From Thermoanaerobaculia bacterium (GTDB taxonomy: Bacteria > Acidobacteriota > Thermoanaerobaculia > Multivoradales > Multivoraceae), in assembly GCA_963664405.1 (NCBI GenBank), contig OY761158.1, positions 704,001 through 768,000 of the forward strand: a stretch of 64,000 bases of DNA, read 5' to 3'. The translations under genes and the position numbers were made by a program. The notes under the pieces were generated by a model. It ran no database searches. It was not told where the DNA came from and worked only from the letters and a program-made list of their open reading frames with translations. Below, piece after piece: positions 1-9,379 of the stretch; within the stretch, counting starts at the first letter, position 1, and each line of letters begins with the position of its first letter.

Positions 1-348
1 GTCATGGTCCACTGCGCCGGCGGCTACACAACCAACCTGCCTCTCGAAGACTTCGCGGCGACTCGAGCTTTGCTCGTAGACCGCCACAACGACGCGCCGC
101 TGGCGGCCGAGCATGGCGGCCCCCTCCGCCTTGTCGTCCCCCACCTCTACGCCTGGAAGAGCGCGAAGTGGGTCAACGGTATCGAGCTCCTGATGGAAGA
201 TCAGCGAGGCTTCTGGGAAGAGAACGGCTACCACACCTACGGTGACCCCTGGAAAGAGGAGCGATTCAGCTCCCAGGAGACCCGCCAGGCGTACGAAGTT
301 CGCCGTAGAGCCAAGGAGCTCGGCCTGGTGCCTGGCGCAGAGAGCTAG
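1..348 (+). CDS. Sulfite oxidase-like molybdopterin oxidoreductase, 3' part (5' end outside window)
   Basis: Motifs HGGPLRLVVPHLYAWKSAKW and GFWEENGYH typical of Oxidored_molyb proteins. Confidence 0.85.
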   Translation, partial: VMVHCAGGYTTNLPLEDFAATRALLVDRHNDAPLAAEHGGPLRLVVPHLYAWKSAKWVNGIELLMEDQRGFWEENGYHTYGDPWKEERFSSQETRQAYEVRRRAKELGLVPGAES

Positions 349-435
349 CCCCAGAAAACGCGCCTTCGGCCAGTTTTCCGGCCCATCCCCGCCTGAGAAC
401 TACTCGCCTGTCCGAATTCTCTGACACGCTCCTAG
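345..435. repeat. CTAG-bounded ~90-bp module; a near-copy sits in reverse orientation inside the 2532-2788 element
   Basis: ccggcccatccccgcctgagaactactcgcctg is the reverse complement of sequence at ~2605-2637; CTAG at 345 and 432. Confidence 0.8.
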
Positions 436-459
436 CCGCCAGGTCTCGGGCTTCTTGCG

Positions 460-1032
460 TCAGGGTGTGGGTCGGCGCGAGATGACCAGACGGCCGGCGA
501 GTCCGGCCGCGACGCACACCCGGCATCGCCACTGCCGAACCGGACGTCCAGCCAGTCGGCGCTGCCGACAAACCGGACAGCGGTGCTCCCACACATAGCG
601 CTTTCTTGCCGCTCGCTGGGCGGCGCTGCCGAGCTCCTGGTCAGGAATCCGAACTCGGGGATCGAGGTCGGCCCTCTGCATCAGCTGGCGCCACTCGCGG
701 CCGTGCGATCGTACACTGCCGCCGTGAAGAAATTGGACCGCGGCATGGGCGGCTTCGTGGCAGACCACCTCTCGCAAGAGGTGAGGAGGGGCCTCGAAGA
801 GAACGTCGGCGATCCGAATCAACTGCTCGCCGGGAAAATAGCTGCCCAGCGAGGTGCGCATGCGACGGCTCACTTCGACGCGGAGGCAATCGCGAAGATC
901 GGGCACTCTCCAGATCTGGCTCCATCGCCCCGCCTCGCCCCACCACAACTCTCTCAGAGTGTCGTGGACAGAGCTACGGCGCTCAGCGACATCAAAGAGG
1001 GCGAGTTGGGCAGTGGCGGCAGGCAAGTTCAC
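460..1032 (-). CDS. SprT-like zinc metalloprotease
   Basis: HEAAH (HExxH), HGREW, C-terminal CxxC...CxxC zinc ribbon. Confidence 0.8.
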   Translation of the reverse strand: MNLPAATAQLALFDVAERRSSVHDTLRELWWGEAGRWSQIWRVPDLRDCLRVEVSRRMRTSLGSYFPGEQLIRIADVLFEAPPHLLREVVCHEAAHAAVQFLHGGSVRSHGREWRQLMQRADLDPRVRIPDQELGSAAQRAARKRYVWEHRCPVCRQRRLAGRPVRQWRCRVCVAAGLAGRLVISRRPTP

Positions 1033-1050
1033 TCCCGTATCTGAGGCGAG

Positions 1051-2370
1051 CTACGGCGCAGCGGGGTCGAGAATCGCCTCGTAGGCAAGGCGCTTGCTGA
1101 GAAACCTCGCGTTGCGCGCCGCACCGCCGCCCCTGCTCTGAATCATGCCGACGACGATCGTATCCTGGATGGGATTGATCCCGAACCAAGTGCCTGCGAC
1201 TCCGAACCACCAATACTCTCCCTTCGCCAGAGCGTGGTCGCTATTGGGATCGGGGTTGTCGACAATCGCAAAGTCGATCCCGAACACATTGCCCCGAAAC
1301 ATCGGCGCAATCTCGACGATGTCGGCGGGAAGCTGGTTGGTGTGCATCAGCTTGACGGTCTCCGGCTTCAGGATCCGCACACCATCGAGCTCGCCACCGT
1401 TGAGGAGCATCTGAGCGAAGCGCATGTAGTCCGTGGCCGTAGAGGTGAGGCCGCCACCACCGGAGAAGAAGGCCGGAGGCTTCAAGTACTGCCCGTTGGG
1501 CCGGTAGCTCTCCTTGCCGCCACGGCCACGGCGGTAGAGGATCGACAGTCGATCGGCCTTGTCTTCGGGCACATAGAAGCCGGTGTCCTTCATGCCGAGC
1601 GGAGCGAAGATCCTCTCTTGCAGGACCTGGTCGAAGGGTTTCCCGGTCAGCACCTCGACCAGGTAGCCCTGGACGTCGACAGAGACACTGTAGTGCCAGA
1701 CCGACCCCGGCTGTTGTCGCAGAGGAATCTTCGCCAGCTTGCCGATCATGTCCTTCAGGGTCGAGTCTCGGTTCATCACATCGGCTGCCTGGTAGAGGCT
1801 GTCTACCTGAGACCTGGAGAACAGGCCGTAGGTCAAACCCCCGGTATGGCTCACGAGCTCCCGAATGGTCATCCTGTGGTTGGCGTCCTCGACCTCCGGA
1901 TAACCTTCGGGCCCGTCGCTGGCTGCCACCTTCAGACCTTTGAATTCGGGGATGTAGTCCTCGACAGCATCTTCGAGCTCGAACTTTCCCTCGTCGAAGA
2001 GGGTCATCAGCGCAACACCCGCAATCGGCTTGGTCATCGAGAAGATCCGAAAGATGGTGTCCTTCTCCATCTCGACACCTTGCTCTCGGTCCTGGTGTCC
2101 GAAAGTCTCGAAGTGGACGATCTTGCCATGGCGAGCCACCATGGTGACGATGCCGGCCAGCTGCCCCTGGTCGACCATTTCCTGCATAGCGGCAGTGAGT
2201 TTCTGCAGGCCCGCCTCGTCCATCCCCACTTCCGCAGGGGCAACCATAGTCAGATCACGCGGGGAGCCCGCTGCGCTGAGAACGGTGGAAGAGAAGAAAC
2301 CAGCCAGCAAGAGGCAGGACGTCGCTAGCGTCATTCGAAAAGAAGAGTTCGGCTGCATCGGTCGATCCAT
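1051..2370 (-). CDS. Secreted serine hydrolase, beta-lactamase class C-like
   Basis: FRIFSMTK (SxxK), HTGG, WHYS; signal peptide; GGAGG 8 nt before ATG 2370. The ORF-track extension to 2697 runs into a repeat. Confidence 0.85.
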   Translation of the reverse strand: MDRPMQPNSSFRMTLATSCLLLAGFFSSTVLSAAGSPRDLTMVAPAEVGMDEAGLQKLTAAMQEMVDQGQLAGIVTMVARHGKIVHFETFGHQDREQGVEMEKDTIFRIFSMTKPIAGVALMTLFDEGKFELEDAVEDYIPEFKGLKVAASDGPEGYPEVEDANHRMTIRELVSHTGGLTYGLFSRSQVDSLYQAADVMNRDSTLKDMIGKLAKIPLRQQPGSVWHYSVSVDVQGYLVEVLTGKPFDQVLQERIFAPLGMKDTGFYVPEDKADRLSILYRRGRGGKESYRPNGQYLKPPAFFSGGGGLTSTATDYMRFAQMLLNGGELDGVRILKPETVKLMHTNQLPADIVEIAPMFRGNVFGIDFAIVDNPDPNSDHALAKGEYWWFGVAGTWFGINPIQDTIVVGMIQSRGGGAARNARFLSKRLAYEAILDPAAP

Positions 2371-2531
2371 GAGCTCGTCCTCCGTGAGCATACGAACCCT
2401 ACACCATTGCCGGGCGGGACTAGCGCCCCGTTCTCGACACCAGTTCTCCGCTGCGGCCGGCCCCGTTCGCCCGATCCTGTAACCTGGAAGGCATGTTTCC
2501 CTAAGAGTATTAGAGGAGGTGAATATCGACA

Positions 2532-2788
2532 CTAGACCAGCGTTTCCAAAGTTCGTGCTGCATAGCTCGAGGTCATTCTGTTCGCTGGCTAGGAGCCTGC
2601 GAAGCAGGCGAGTAGTTCTCAGGCGGGGATGGGCCGGAGAACGGGCCGTAGGTCCGTTTTCCGGGGCGAGGCGCGCTGACGCAGGCATATTGGGCAATAT
2701 GTCGAGGAGCGAGGGGGCGCCTAGCCAACGACGCCAGCGGGCAGAAGGGCCCGAGATATGTGCGCGAACTTTGGAAACGCTGGTCTAG
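2532..2788. repeat. MITE/REP-like hairpin element
   Basis: 24-bp perfect terminal IR ctagaccagcgtttccaaagttcg / cgaactttggaaacgctggtctag; core GCAGGCATATTGGGCAATATGTCGA at 2681-2705. Confidence 0.9.
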
Positions 2789-2808
2789 GCCCGACGCCGG
2801 CAACAGCG

Positions 2809-3981
2809 TCAGTGCGACGAATGGAGCCTGAGCCAAGCCAAGGCCGGCTCAAAAACCAGCTCGCGCGAGCGCTCGCCGACGAGCACGTCCAAATGGCCGT
2901 GATTCTCCAGCACATGGAGGGTCACGTCAGAACTGCCACTCTTGCCGGCCGAATAGATACCGTCGAGAAGCCATTCGCTTCCCATGCCGGTGGCCCCGAA
3001 ATAGAGGATCGGCAAGCTGAGCTCTCCCCATCGGTCGTCAATAGGGGTCCCGGGGTCGTCGTCGAATTCGGCGATTGATGCAGACTCGACGTTCTGGATC
3101 ATCGGATAGTAGCGATCGTAGTCGGCAAGAAGTCGAGCCAACACTTCGACCCGAGAGACTCCATCCAGAGGATTGGCGAGGCCGCCGGGGCGCCAGGCAC
3201 TATAGAGAATGGAAGCAACCTGGTCACCGACGTTGTCGAAGCCGGCACCGCGCTCGCCGACCGGTGGCCCCAGTGGCTCGGAGGCCGCCGCGCGCATGAG
3301 CTGATCACGATTCGTCCAGCCCATGCCTCCAGCAACGTCTGAAGCGAAGTGTCCAGCCTCGCGGAACCTCGCGACACTCCCTTCTCGATCAAATGCGCCC
3401 TCGGGGGCGTGACTCTTGAATCCCCCGTCGAGCGCGATCAAACCGGCAAGCGAGCCTTCTCCCTCGACGGCGACGAGTCCGTAGGCAAGCCAAACACCGC
3501 GGCTGAAACCGGCGACGAAGATAGAAGATGCCGAGCTCTGCTGTCGAACCAAAGAGAGCGCGGAGCCGGCATCGGCAACGAAGGATTCGAGTGTCCAGAC
3601 AGCCATGAAGTCGTCAGACTCGAGGGTCTCGCTCGGCACCGCATGGGTTCGATAGTCGAGGGCCCAGACCTCGATCCCGCGACGGGCCAGGAAAAGCCAG
3701 AGATTGTGGTTCTCGTCGAGGACCGCGAGCTCGCCATTCATGTTGGTACCCGGCAGATAAAGCAGCGCCGCTGTCGCTTCGCCTCCGCCACGATAGCGAT
3801 GGACCTGGATCTTGTCGTGACCGCCGCCGGGGGGACGGACGGAGACCCAGACAGTCTCCTCGACTCCTGGGACTCCGGCAATGACACCTTGCTCGACGGA
3901 AACAGACCATTCTTCAGCCTCCACACCAGCAGCCATAGCAAGGGTCATACTGAATAGGGCTGAGAGGCTGCGCCCCACCAC
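2809..3981 (-). CDS. Secreted alpha/beta hydrolase
   Basis: GFSRG nucleophile elbow, C-terminal GHLD, signal peptide. Confidence 0.8.
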   Translation of the reverse strand: MVGRSLSALFSMTLAMAAGVEAEEWSVSVEQGVIAGVPGVEETVWVSVRPPGGGHDKIQVHRYRGGGEATAALLYLPGTNMNGELAVLDENHNLWLFLARRGIEVWALDYRTHAVPSETLESDDFMAVWTLESFVADAGSALSLVRQQSSASSIFVAGFSRGVWLAYGLVAVEGEGSLAGLIALDGGFKSHAPEGAFDREGSVARFREAGHFASDVAGGMGWTNRDQLMRAAASEPLGPPVGERGAGFDNVGDQVASILYSAWRPGGLANPLDGVSRVEVLARLLADYDRYYPMIQNVESASIAEFDDDPGTPIDDRWGELSLPILYFGATGMGSEWLLDGIYSAGKSGSSDVTLHVLENHGHLDVLVGERSRELVFEPALAWLRLHSSH

Positions 3982-6362
3982 TACAAGTACCCCAGGCTTC
4001 GAAGCCGTTCGAGCTCTTCGGCACTCATGCTAGACGCGAGCTCGCTGTCGCTCTTGAGCTTGGCCGCCTCGGCGAATTCCTGCCAGCGATCGAGCTGCTC
4101 GACAAGACCCTGGACCCGATCGGGATGCTCCTCAGCTACGTTGACCAGGTTGAGTGGATCACTCCCATGGTCGAAGAGCTCGAGCTCAGGCAGGCCCGGA
4201 CGAGGATCGACATTGCGCACCAGCTTCCACCCGTCAAGCACGATGGAGGTGGAAGCAAAGCTCTGCACGCCGCGAACCGCCATCGCCGCCTTCTCGGTGA
4301 TCGCGGGCTTTCTTCGCCAGCCCGCCGCCCCGGCGGTGGCCGCATCACCGCCGGCTTCGAACCAGGGTACCAGGCTCTGACCCTGTGCCGCCGCCGGGAT
4401 CTCGAGGCCTGCGATTTCCAGCACAGTAGGCATGAAGTCGATGGTCTCCACCGTCCCAGGGACCCTGACACCAACCGGAACGCCCTGCCCCCAGAAGAAC
4501 ATCGGCACTCGATTGAGCTCGCCATAGACGCTCTGGCCGTGAAAATGCCAATCGTGCTCGAGGAACTCCGTACCGTGATCGCTGACGAAGGCAAGCAGTA
4601 CGCGCTCGCTCAGACCCAGTTCTTCGAGCTTCTCGACAATGCGCTCGACCTGGGCGTCGGTGAAGCGGATGAGGCCGTCATAGGCGTCGAGCTCGTAGCG
4701 CACGTACTCGGCGGGGTCGATCTCTGCGCTCACCAGGGCCGAGGTCGTTGCCATCCCGAACTGGCGCATCATGGGGTTCTCGATCCCCGGCCGCGCCTCA
4801 TCCTGCATCTGCACATATTTCTCGGCATCCCCTTCACCGCCCCACAGAGTGGCATAGGGAGGGGGCGCGACGTATGGGCTGTGGGGATCCTCAACATGGA
4901 GAAAGACGAAGAACGGTACGTCGCGATGATCCTCGAGCCAGGGCAGGAGTCGGTCGACATGAGGACGGGCGGCCTTCTCAGGCACTCCCCCTGTCCCCAA
5001 GTCCATGCCGGACTCCGAGAAGACCTCGTAACCTTGATGTAGGTTTGTCATCTTGCCGGTAAACGGGATCGCGGACAGCCCGAAGGTGGCGAAGCCTGCG
5101 TCACGGAAGACCTCAGCCATGGTCGTCGCCGACGCCGGCAACAGATCGGGGAGGTCTGCGACGGTGTGTGAGGTCGGATAGAGCGAGGTGAAGATCGACG
5201 GTACCGAGACTTTGGTCCAGGTTGCCTGGGCCAAGGGGTCCTCGACCAAGACGCCTTCGGCCGCCAACCTCGCCAGCAGAGGCGCAGTCTCGCGATCGTA
5301 GCCGTAGATCTCCAGATGGTCGCGACGGAGGGTGTCGATGAGAACCACGATCACCCCCTGCGGCCGCTCGGCTTGGCTCGGGGCCTTGCTACGGACCGCA
5401 GGAGCGCCCCACAATCCCAGAGCTCCCGCCCTCTCCGACTCTACGCTGAGCGAAAGAGTCACTCGGCTACCACCGTAGTCGCCCAGAGGCACCGGGAAGT
5501 CCTCCCAGCTCTGGGGCGAGGCCACGGTGTGGCTCACCGATAGGCCCTCCCCGCCTCCTGAGCTGGGCTCGACCCGCACCTCGAAAGTGGCCTCGCCGGG
5601 CTCGAGCGTTCCAACCGCCATATCCAGCACCGGATCCGCGGGGAGCTCGATCTCGAAGCTCAGAGTCTCGGGACTCCGACTGACCAGGCTCTCGCGAAAG
5701 ATGCCTGAAAGCCCCTGCCACCCTACGCCCGAAGGAAGGCTCGAAAGATGCTCGCGCTCGAAGACCACTCGCACCGACTCGACCGCGAATTCGACGCCGG
5801 CGGCGCTGGCAGGCCGCAGGAGAATGTGCCGCACGCTCTCCGCCGGGAGAGGGCGTACCGGCCGCAGAGAATAGAGACTCGCCTCCTCGCCGGCGATGAC
5901 GGGGCTCGACATCGACCAGGCGAAGGGATTGCCCGGCGCCAAGAAGGGTCCGAGCTCTAGATCCTCCCCGCCACTGGTGGCGAAGGCAATCTGTCCGCCG
6001 GAGGAGCTCTGGATTCGAACCTCGACCGAGTGGATGTGGTCATCCTGCTGGGCCGGCGGAGGACTCCACTCGAGGTGCAGCACCGGCGAGGGAGACGCGC
6101 TCTGTCCGCGCAGAGCCCCGTCGGCGTAGCGGAATTCGCGAACGCCGCCACCGACCTGCCATCGCACCTCCTCTTCCCCTTGGGAATCGGTGAATTTCCA
6201 CTCGCTGCGCGCGATTACCTCAGTGCTCGTGGACCCCTGCACCATGGCCGTGCCGAAGAGGTCGACGAGACGTATCGAGGTCGGCTCCGAGCTACTTGGC
6301 GGCCGGCTACAGCCAAGGACCAGAAGGAGAACGGAAGGGATCAGGTGCTTCAACATCTTCAT
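3981..6362 (-). CDS. Sulfatase-like (alkaline phosphatase superfamily) lipoprotein
   Basis: IDTLRRDH, DPHSPY, SDHG motifs; lipobox-like LVLGC; ATG 6362 overlaps the upstream stop. Confidence 0.85.
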   Translation of the reverse strand: MKMLKHLIPSVLLLVLGCSRPPSSSEPTSIRLVDLFGTAMVQGSTSTEVIARSEWKFTDSQGEEEVRWQVGGGVREFRYADGALRGQSASPSPVLHLEWSPPPAQQDDHIHSVEVRIQSSSGGQIAFATSGGEDLELGPFLAPGNPFAWSMSSPVIAGEEASLYSLRPVRPLPAESVRHILLRPASAAGVEFAVESVRVVFEREHLSSLPSGVGWQGLSGIFRESLVSRSPETLSFEIELPADPVLDMAVGTLEPGEATFEVRVEPSSGGGEGLSVSHTVASPQSWEDFPVPLGDYGGSRVTLSLSVESERAGALGLWGAPAVRSKAPSQAERPQGVIVVLIDTLRRDHLEIYGYDRETAPLLARLAAEGVLVEDPLAQATWTKVSVPSIFTSLYPTSHTVADLPDLLPASATTMAEVFRDAGFATFGLSAIPFTGKMTNLHQGYEVFSESGMDLGTGGVPEKAARPHVDRLLPWLEDHRDVPFFVFLHVEDPHSPYVAPPPYATLWGGEGDAEKYVQMQDEARPGIENPMMRQFGMATTSALVSAEIDPAEYVRYELDAYDGLIRFTDAQVERIVEKLEELGLSERVLLAFVSDHGTEFLEHDWHFHGQSVYGELNRVPMFFWGQGVPVGVRVPGTVETIDFMPTVLEIAGLEIPAAAQGQSLVPWFEAGGDAATAGAAGWRRKPAITEKAAMAVRGVQSFASTSIVLDGWKLVRNVDPRPGLPELELFDHGSDPLNLVNVAEEHPDRVQGLVEQLDRWQEFAEAAKLKSDSELASSMSAEELERLRSLGYL

Positions 6363-7522
6363 TTCGTCACTCCAAGCCGGGGAAGCACCTCGGTCCAAAG
6401 GCGCTCGATGGACTTCATCAGCACCGCATGGGGGGCGAGGGAGTTGTAGATCCACAGAAACAGCCGGGTTAGGGGCAGACGCTCACGGAGCTCCTCCAGC
6501 TGAGCGGTCACTGTGTCGATACTGCCGACAAGAGCAAGACCGTGGGCAAAGAGGTCGGCCTGCTCTCCACTTTCGGGGTCGATCAAACCGCGAGAGAAGC
6601 CGAAGGGGGCGAACCACGCAGCTCCGCAGAACGCACCGCTCGAGCGCCACAACTGGCGCGCTTCTTCGTCGGTGTCGGCGATGACGAGGTCCCGCAACAC
6701 ACCGATACCCTCTCCCAGGGGTCGCCCAGAGGCGTCGGCGTAGATCTCGAACAGCTCGCGCTCCAAGCGCGGATAGAGCGGAGGCAGAATCGCGGTCACA
6801 CCCTCGGCCGCGCACCATCGCACGCTTCGCACCGAAGAGGCGAAGGGCTGAAAGATCGGTGGATGCGGTTTCTGCACCGGCTTGGGCACCACACTCACCT
6901 GCCGAAGCCGGCCGTCTTCGACTCCGCCTCCCCATTGCCGGGTGGCCTCGAGCTCCCACGGCGTTTCGCCGGCGGGGACCTTCCAATAGCGCCCCTCGTA
7001 ATCCAGCCAGTCTTCGGTCCACGCCTTCTTTATGATCGTGAAGCACTCTTCAAATGCGGCTCGATTGGCCGCGTCGATGGCGTCGTGCTGGTGTGGCAAG
7101 GCGCCGTGGATGCCGTGAGTCTGTTGCGCCATCACATCGACCCAGCGGCGCTGGTAGCCACGAGCGAAACCGGCGTTGGCCCGCCCCTGCGTCATGTGAT
7201 CGAGCATCGCGATGTCCTCTGCGACGCGAATCGGGTTCTGCGCCGGAAGCACGATTCCGAGCTGCCCGACCCGAATCCTCTTCGTCTGCATGCCGACAAA
7301 GAGGTCGAGAAGCACAGGGTTGTTCGACAGCTCGAAACCCTCGACGTGAAAGTGATGCTCGGTGAAGCTGATCGAGTCATACCCCAGGTCGTCGGCAAGA
7401 CGAGCTTGCTCGGATACCTCATCGAGCATACGGCGATAGAGCTCAGGTCGAAGGCCGGCCTGCCCGGCCTCGATCTCGCTTCGACTACCCACCGAGGGAA
7501 GATAAAAGAGGGATACCTTCAC
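6359..7522 (-). CDS. LLM class flavin-dependent oxidoreductase
   Basis: EHHF, NPIRVAEDIAMLDHMTQGR, PKPVQKPHPP motifs. Confidence 0.9.
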   Translation of the reverse strand: MKVSLFYLPSVGSRSEIEAGQAGLRPELYRRMLDEVSEQARLADDLGYDSISFTEHHFHVEGFELSNNPVLLDLFVGMQTKRIRVGQLGIVLPAQNPIRVAEDIAMLDHMTQGRANAGFARGYQRRWVDVMAQQTHGIHGALPHQHDAIDAANRAAFEECFTIIKKAWTEDWLDYEGRYWKVPAGETPWELEATRQWGGGVEDGRLRQVSVVPKPVQKPHPPIFQPFASSVRSVRWCAAEGVTAILPPLYPRLERELFEIYADASGRPLGEGIGVLRDLVIADTDEEARQLWRSSGAFCGAAWFAPFGFSRGLIDPESGEQADLFAHGLALVGSIDTVTAQLEELRERLPLTRLFLWIYNSLAPHAVLMKSIERLWTEVLPRLGVTK

Positions 7523-7632
7523 CCCCTACTCGTTCCTGCATCTCGGCGCCGCATCTTTGCCCTCCTACCGGCAGTGGCCGGAAGATCGTCATTTTACTTG
7601 TCGCCGGGACGCTTGCTACTGTCACAGTCGAA

Positions 7633-7956
7633 ATGTCCAACGTAAGAGCCTCCATCGAAGCCACTCTCGCCGCGGGCCTGAGGCCTTCCCACCTCGAAGT
7701 CATTGACGAAAGCCACATGCACAACGTGCCGCCGGGCTCTGAATCCCACTTTCGGGTCAGAGTGGTGACCGAGGCCTTCGACGGCAAGCGTCTGGTCCAA
7801 CGCCACCGTGAGGTGAGCTCGCTGATCGCCGAGCTCTATCAGACTCAGATTCACGCTTTAGCGCTCGAGACCCATACGCCGGAGGAGTGGGCGGCGAAGG
7901 GCGGCGTGGTCATGGAGTCGCCTCCTTGTCTGGGAGGCGAAGGGGAGAAGAAGTAA
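7633..7956 (+). CDS. bolA: BolA family protein
   Basis: DESHMH..GSESHF..F.GKRLVQRHR..IHAL, SPPCLGG. Confidence 0.92.
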   Translation: MSNVRASIEATLAAGLRPSHLEVIDESHMHNVPPGSESHFRVRVVTEAFDGKRLVQRHREVSSLIAELYQTQIHALALETHTPEEWAAKGGVVMESPPCLGGEGEKK

Positions 7957-8106
7957 GCAGTAAGCAGTCAAGACAGGGAGGGGAAAGAGATGGTCTCGAT
8001 CAGCGACCTGGAGCTACCCTGGCTCTGCGAAGCGTGCATAGAGAGGCAACTCCATTCCCACCTCTCCTGATTTACTGCTTACTGCTTACTGCTTACTGCT
8101 TACTGC
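7952..8106. repeat. Inverted heptamer-repeat bracket 1
   Basis: (AGTAAGC)2-AGT at 7952-7968 faces (TTACTGC)5 at 8072-8106. Confidence 0.85.
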
Positions 8107-9180
8107 TTCACTCAGCCTGAGCCCACCAAAGATCCGCTCACGCGCTGACTTTTCCGACTCGAGATCGTGGCGCAAGAAGTAGACATCAGCCATCTTGAGG
8201 AGCACTCGGCTCTCGCGACCAGGTTGTGAGGCCAACAGCAGGTACAACTCTTCAGCCAGGTCGAGATCACGGGCGAGAAAGGCTTCGTCGGCGGCGCGCT
8301 CTAGGCGATCCAAGTTCTCGGCACTGTGATCGTCAAGGCTGGCTGGTGGGTTCCGGAGCAGAAGGCGCGCCTCGACCAAGACCCCCTCGCGCTCTTCGTT
8401 CGTCAACGGTTCCCAAGCGGCGGCGTAGTACTCCACAAAAAAGCGTCGCCGACCCGGGGCTACGAAGGGCTCGAGGAGGACCTCGGGATCGGTGGCGATA
8501 ACCAGATCATCAACGAAGAACTGCACCTCCTCCTGGTCTTCGAGATCACCGATGAACGAGTAATACGCCACCGACGAGCGGTCGGCATCGGCGGTATTTC
8601 GCTGCCGCCGCAGGTCGATGACAGGCGCCTCTTCACCCTCCTCGTAGAGCGCGAGATCGTAGCTCCCGGCAGTGACGTCGTACACCAAATCGACGAAGTA
8701 CCAACTAAAGGGTCGCGGCGCGACCAAAGGCTGCCACTCGCCACCGGGGCGATGCTGCAGAGTCCCTCCGTTCGTCGTCAGCCAGAAAGCATGCCCGTCT
8801 TTGCCGAAGTGCAGAAACCATCGCGGCCCCGCCAGCGCAAAGTTGAAAGTCTCATTCGGATCCGCGAAGAGGATGTAGAACTGCACATAGACGAGACCTT
8901 CCCGACGTTCCTGAAAGAAGCCGAGGAACTCCGAGAAAGAGCCGTCGCCCTGCCCCTCACGAAGACGCAGCGATTGCGTGCCGCTGCGATGAAAGGCATA
9001 GCTGAGATCAACGCCGCCACCCGGCTGCTCGAACAGACGAAAAGTGTCGGGACCACTCGGCTCAGTGGTCTCGAAATCGTAGTACACGAGGAGAGGGCTG
9101 TTCGATTGCGCCGCGGCCGCCGCGGCCGCTAGGAGAGTGGCCACTGCGAGGAGGAGGTGTGAAGCCGGCGTTCTCTTCAT
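8086..9180 (-). CDS. Secreted hypothetical protein; beta-rich domain plus short TPR-like C-terminus
   Basis: Signal peptide, 364-aa ORF; last codons (AVSSKQ) are read from the heptamer repeat. Confidence 0.7.
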   Translation of the reverse strand: MKRTPASHLLLAVATLLAAAAAAAQSNSPLLVYYDFETTEPSGPDTFRLFEQPGGGVDLSYAFHRSGTQSLRLREGQGDGSFSEFLGFFQERREGLVYVQFYILFADPNETFNFALAGPRWFLHFGKDGHAFWLTTNGGTLQHRPGGEWQPLVAPRPFSWYFVDLVYDVTAGSYDLALYEEGEEAPVIDLRRQRNTADADRSSVAYYSFIGDLEDQEEVQFFVDDLVIATDPEVLLEPFVAPGRRRFFVEYYAAAWEPLTNEEREGVLVEARLLLRNPPASLDDHSAENLDRLERAADEAFLARDLDLAEELYLLLASQPGRESRVLLKMADVYFLRHDLESEKSARERIFGGLRLSEAVSSKQ

Positions 9181-9203
9181 GTTCAGCGAAGAAAGTGATC
9201 ACT

Positions 9204-9379
9204 AAGAAGTAAACAGTAAACAGTCCGGAGGTTGGCAGTGGGTGGCTGGGCCGCGAGGTGAGTGGTCCGCGCTGCGCCAACGCAGAGAAGGCCGTGAGTC
9301 CAAGAAGGTCGATTCCCGAAGCTGACGATCTCCTCCTACGATTCCTCTCTTACTGCTTACTGCTTACTGCTTACTTCTT
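9204..9379. repeat. Inverted heptamer-repeat bracket 2
   Basis: (AGTAAAC)2-AGT at 9208-9224 faces (TTACTGC)3-TTACTTC at 9350-9377. Confidence 0.8.

Noticed and set aside
2371-2697. N-terminal extension of the 548-aa ORF, and the similar small ORFs at 17316-17546 and 24704-24961
   Set aside because: They are largely translations of the hairpin repeat (shared MPNMPAS/SEQNDLEL text), not proteins; a better start with RBS is at 2370.
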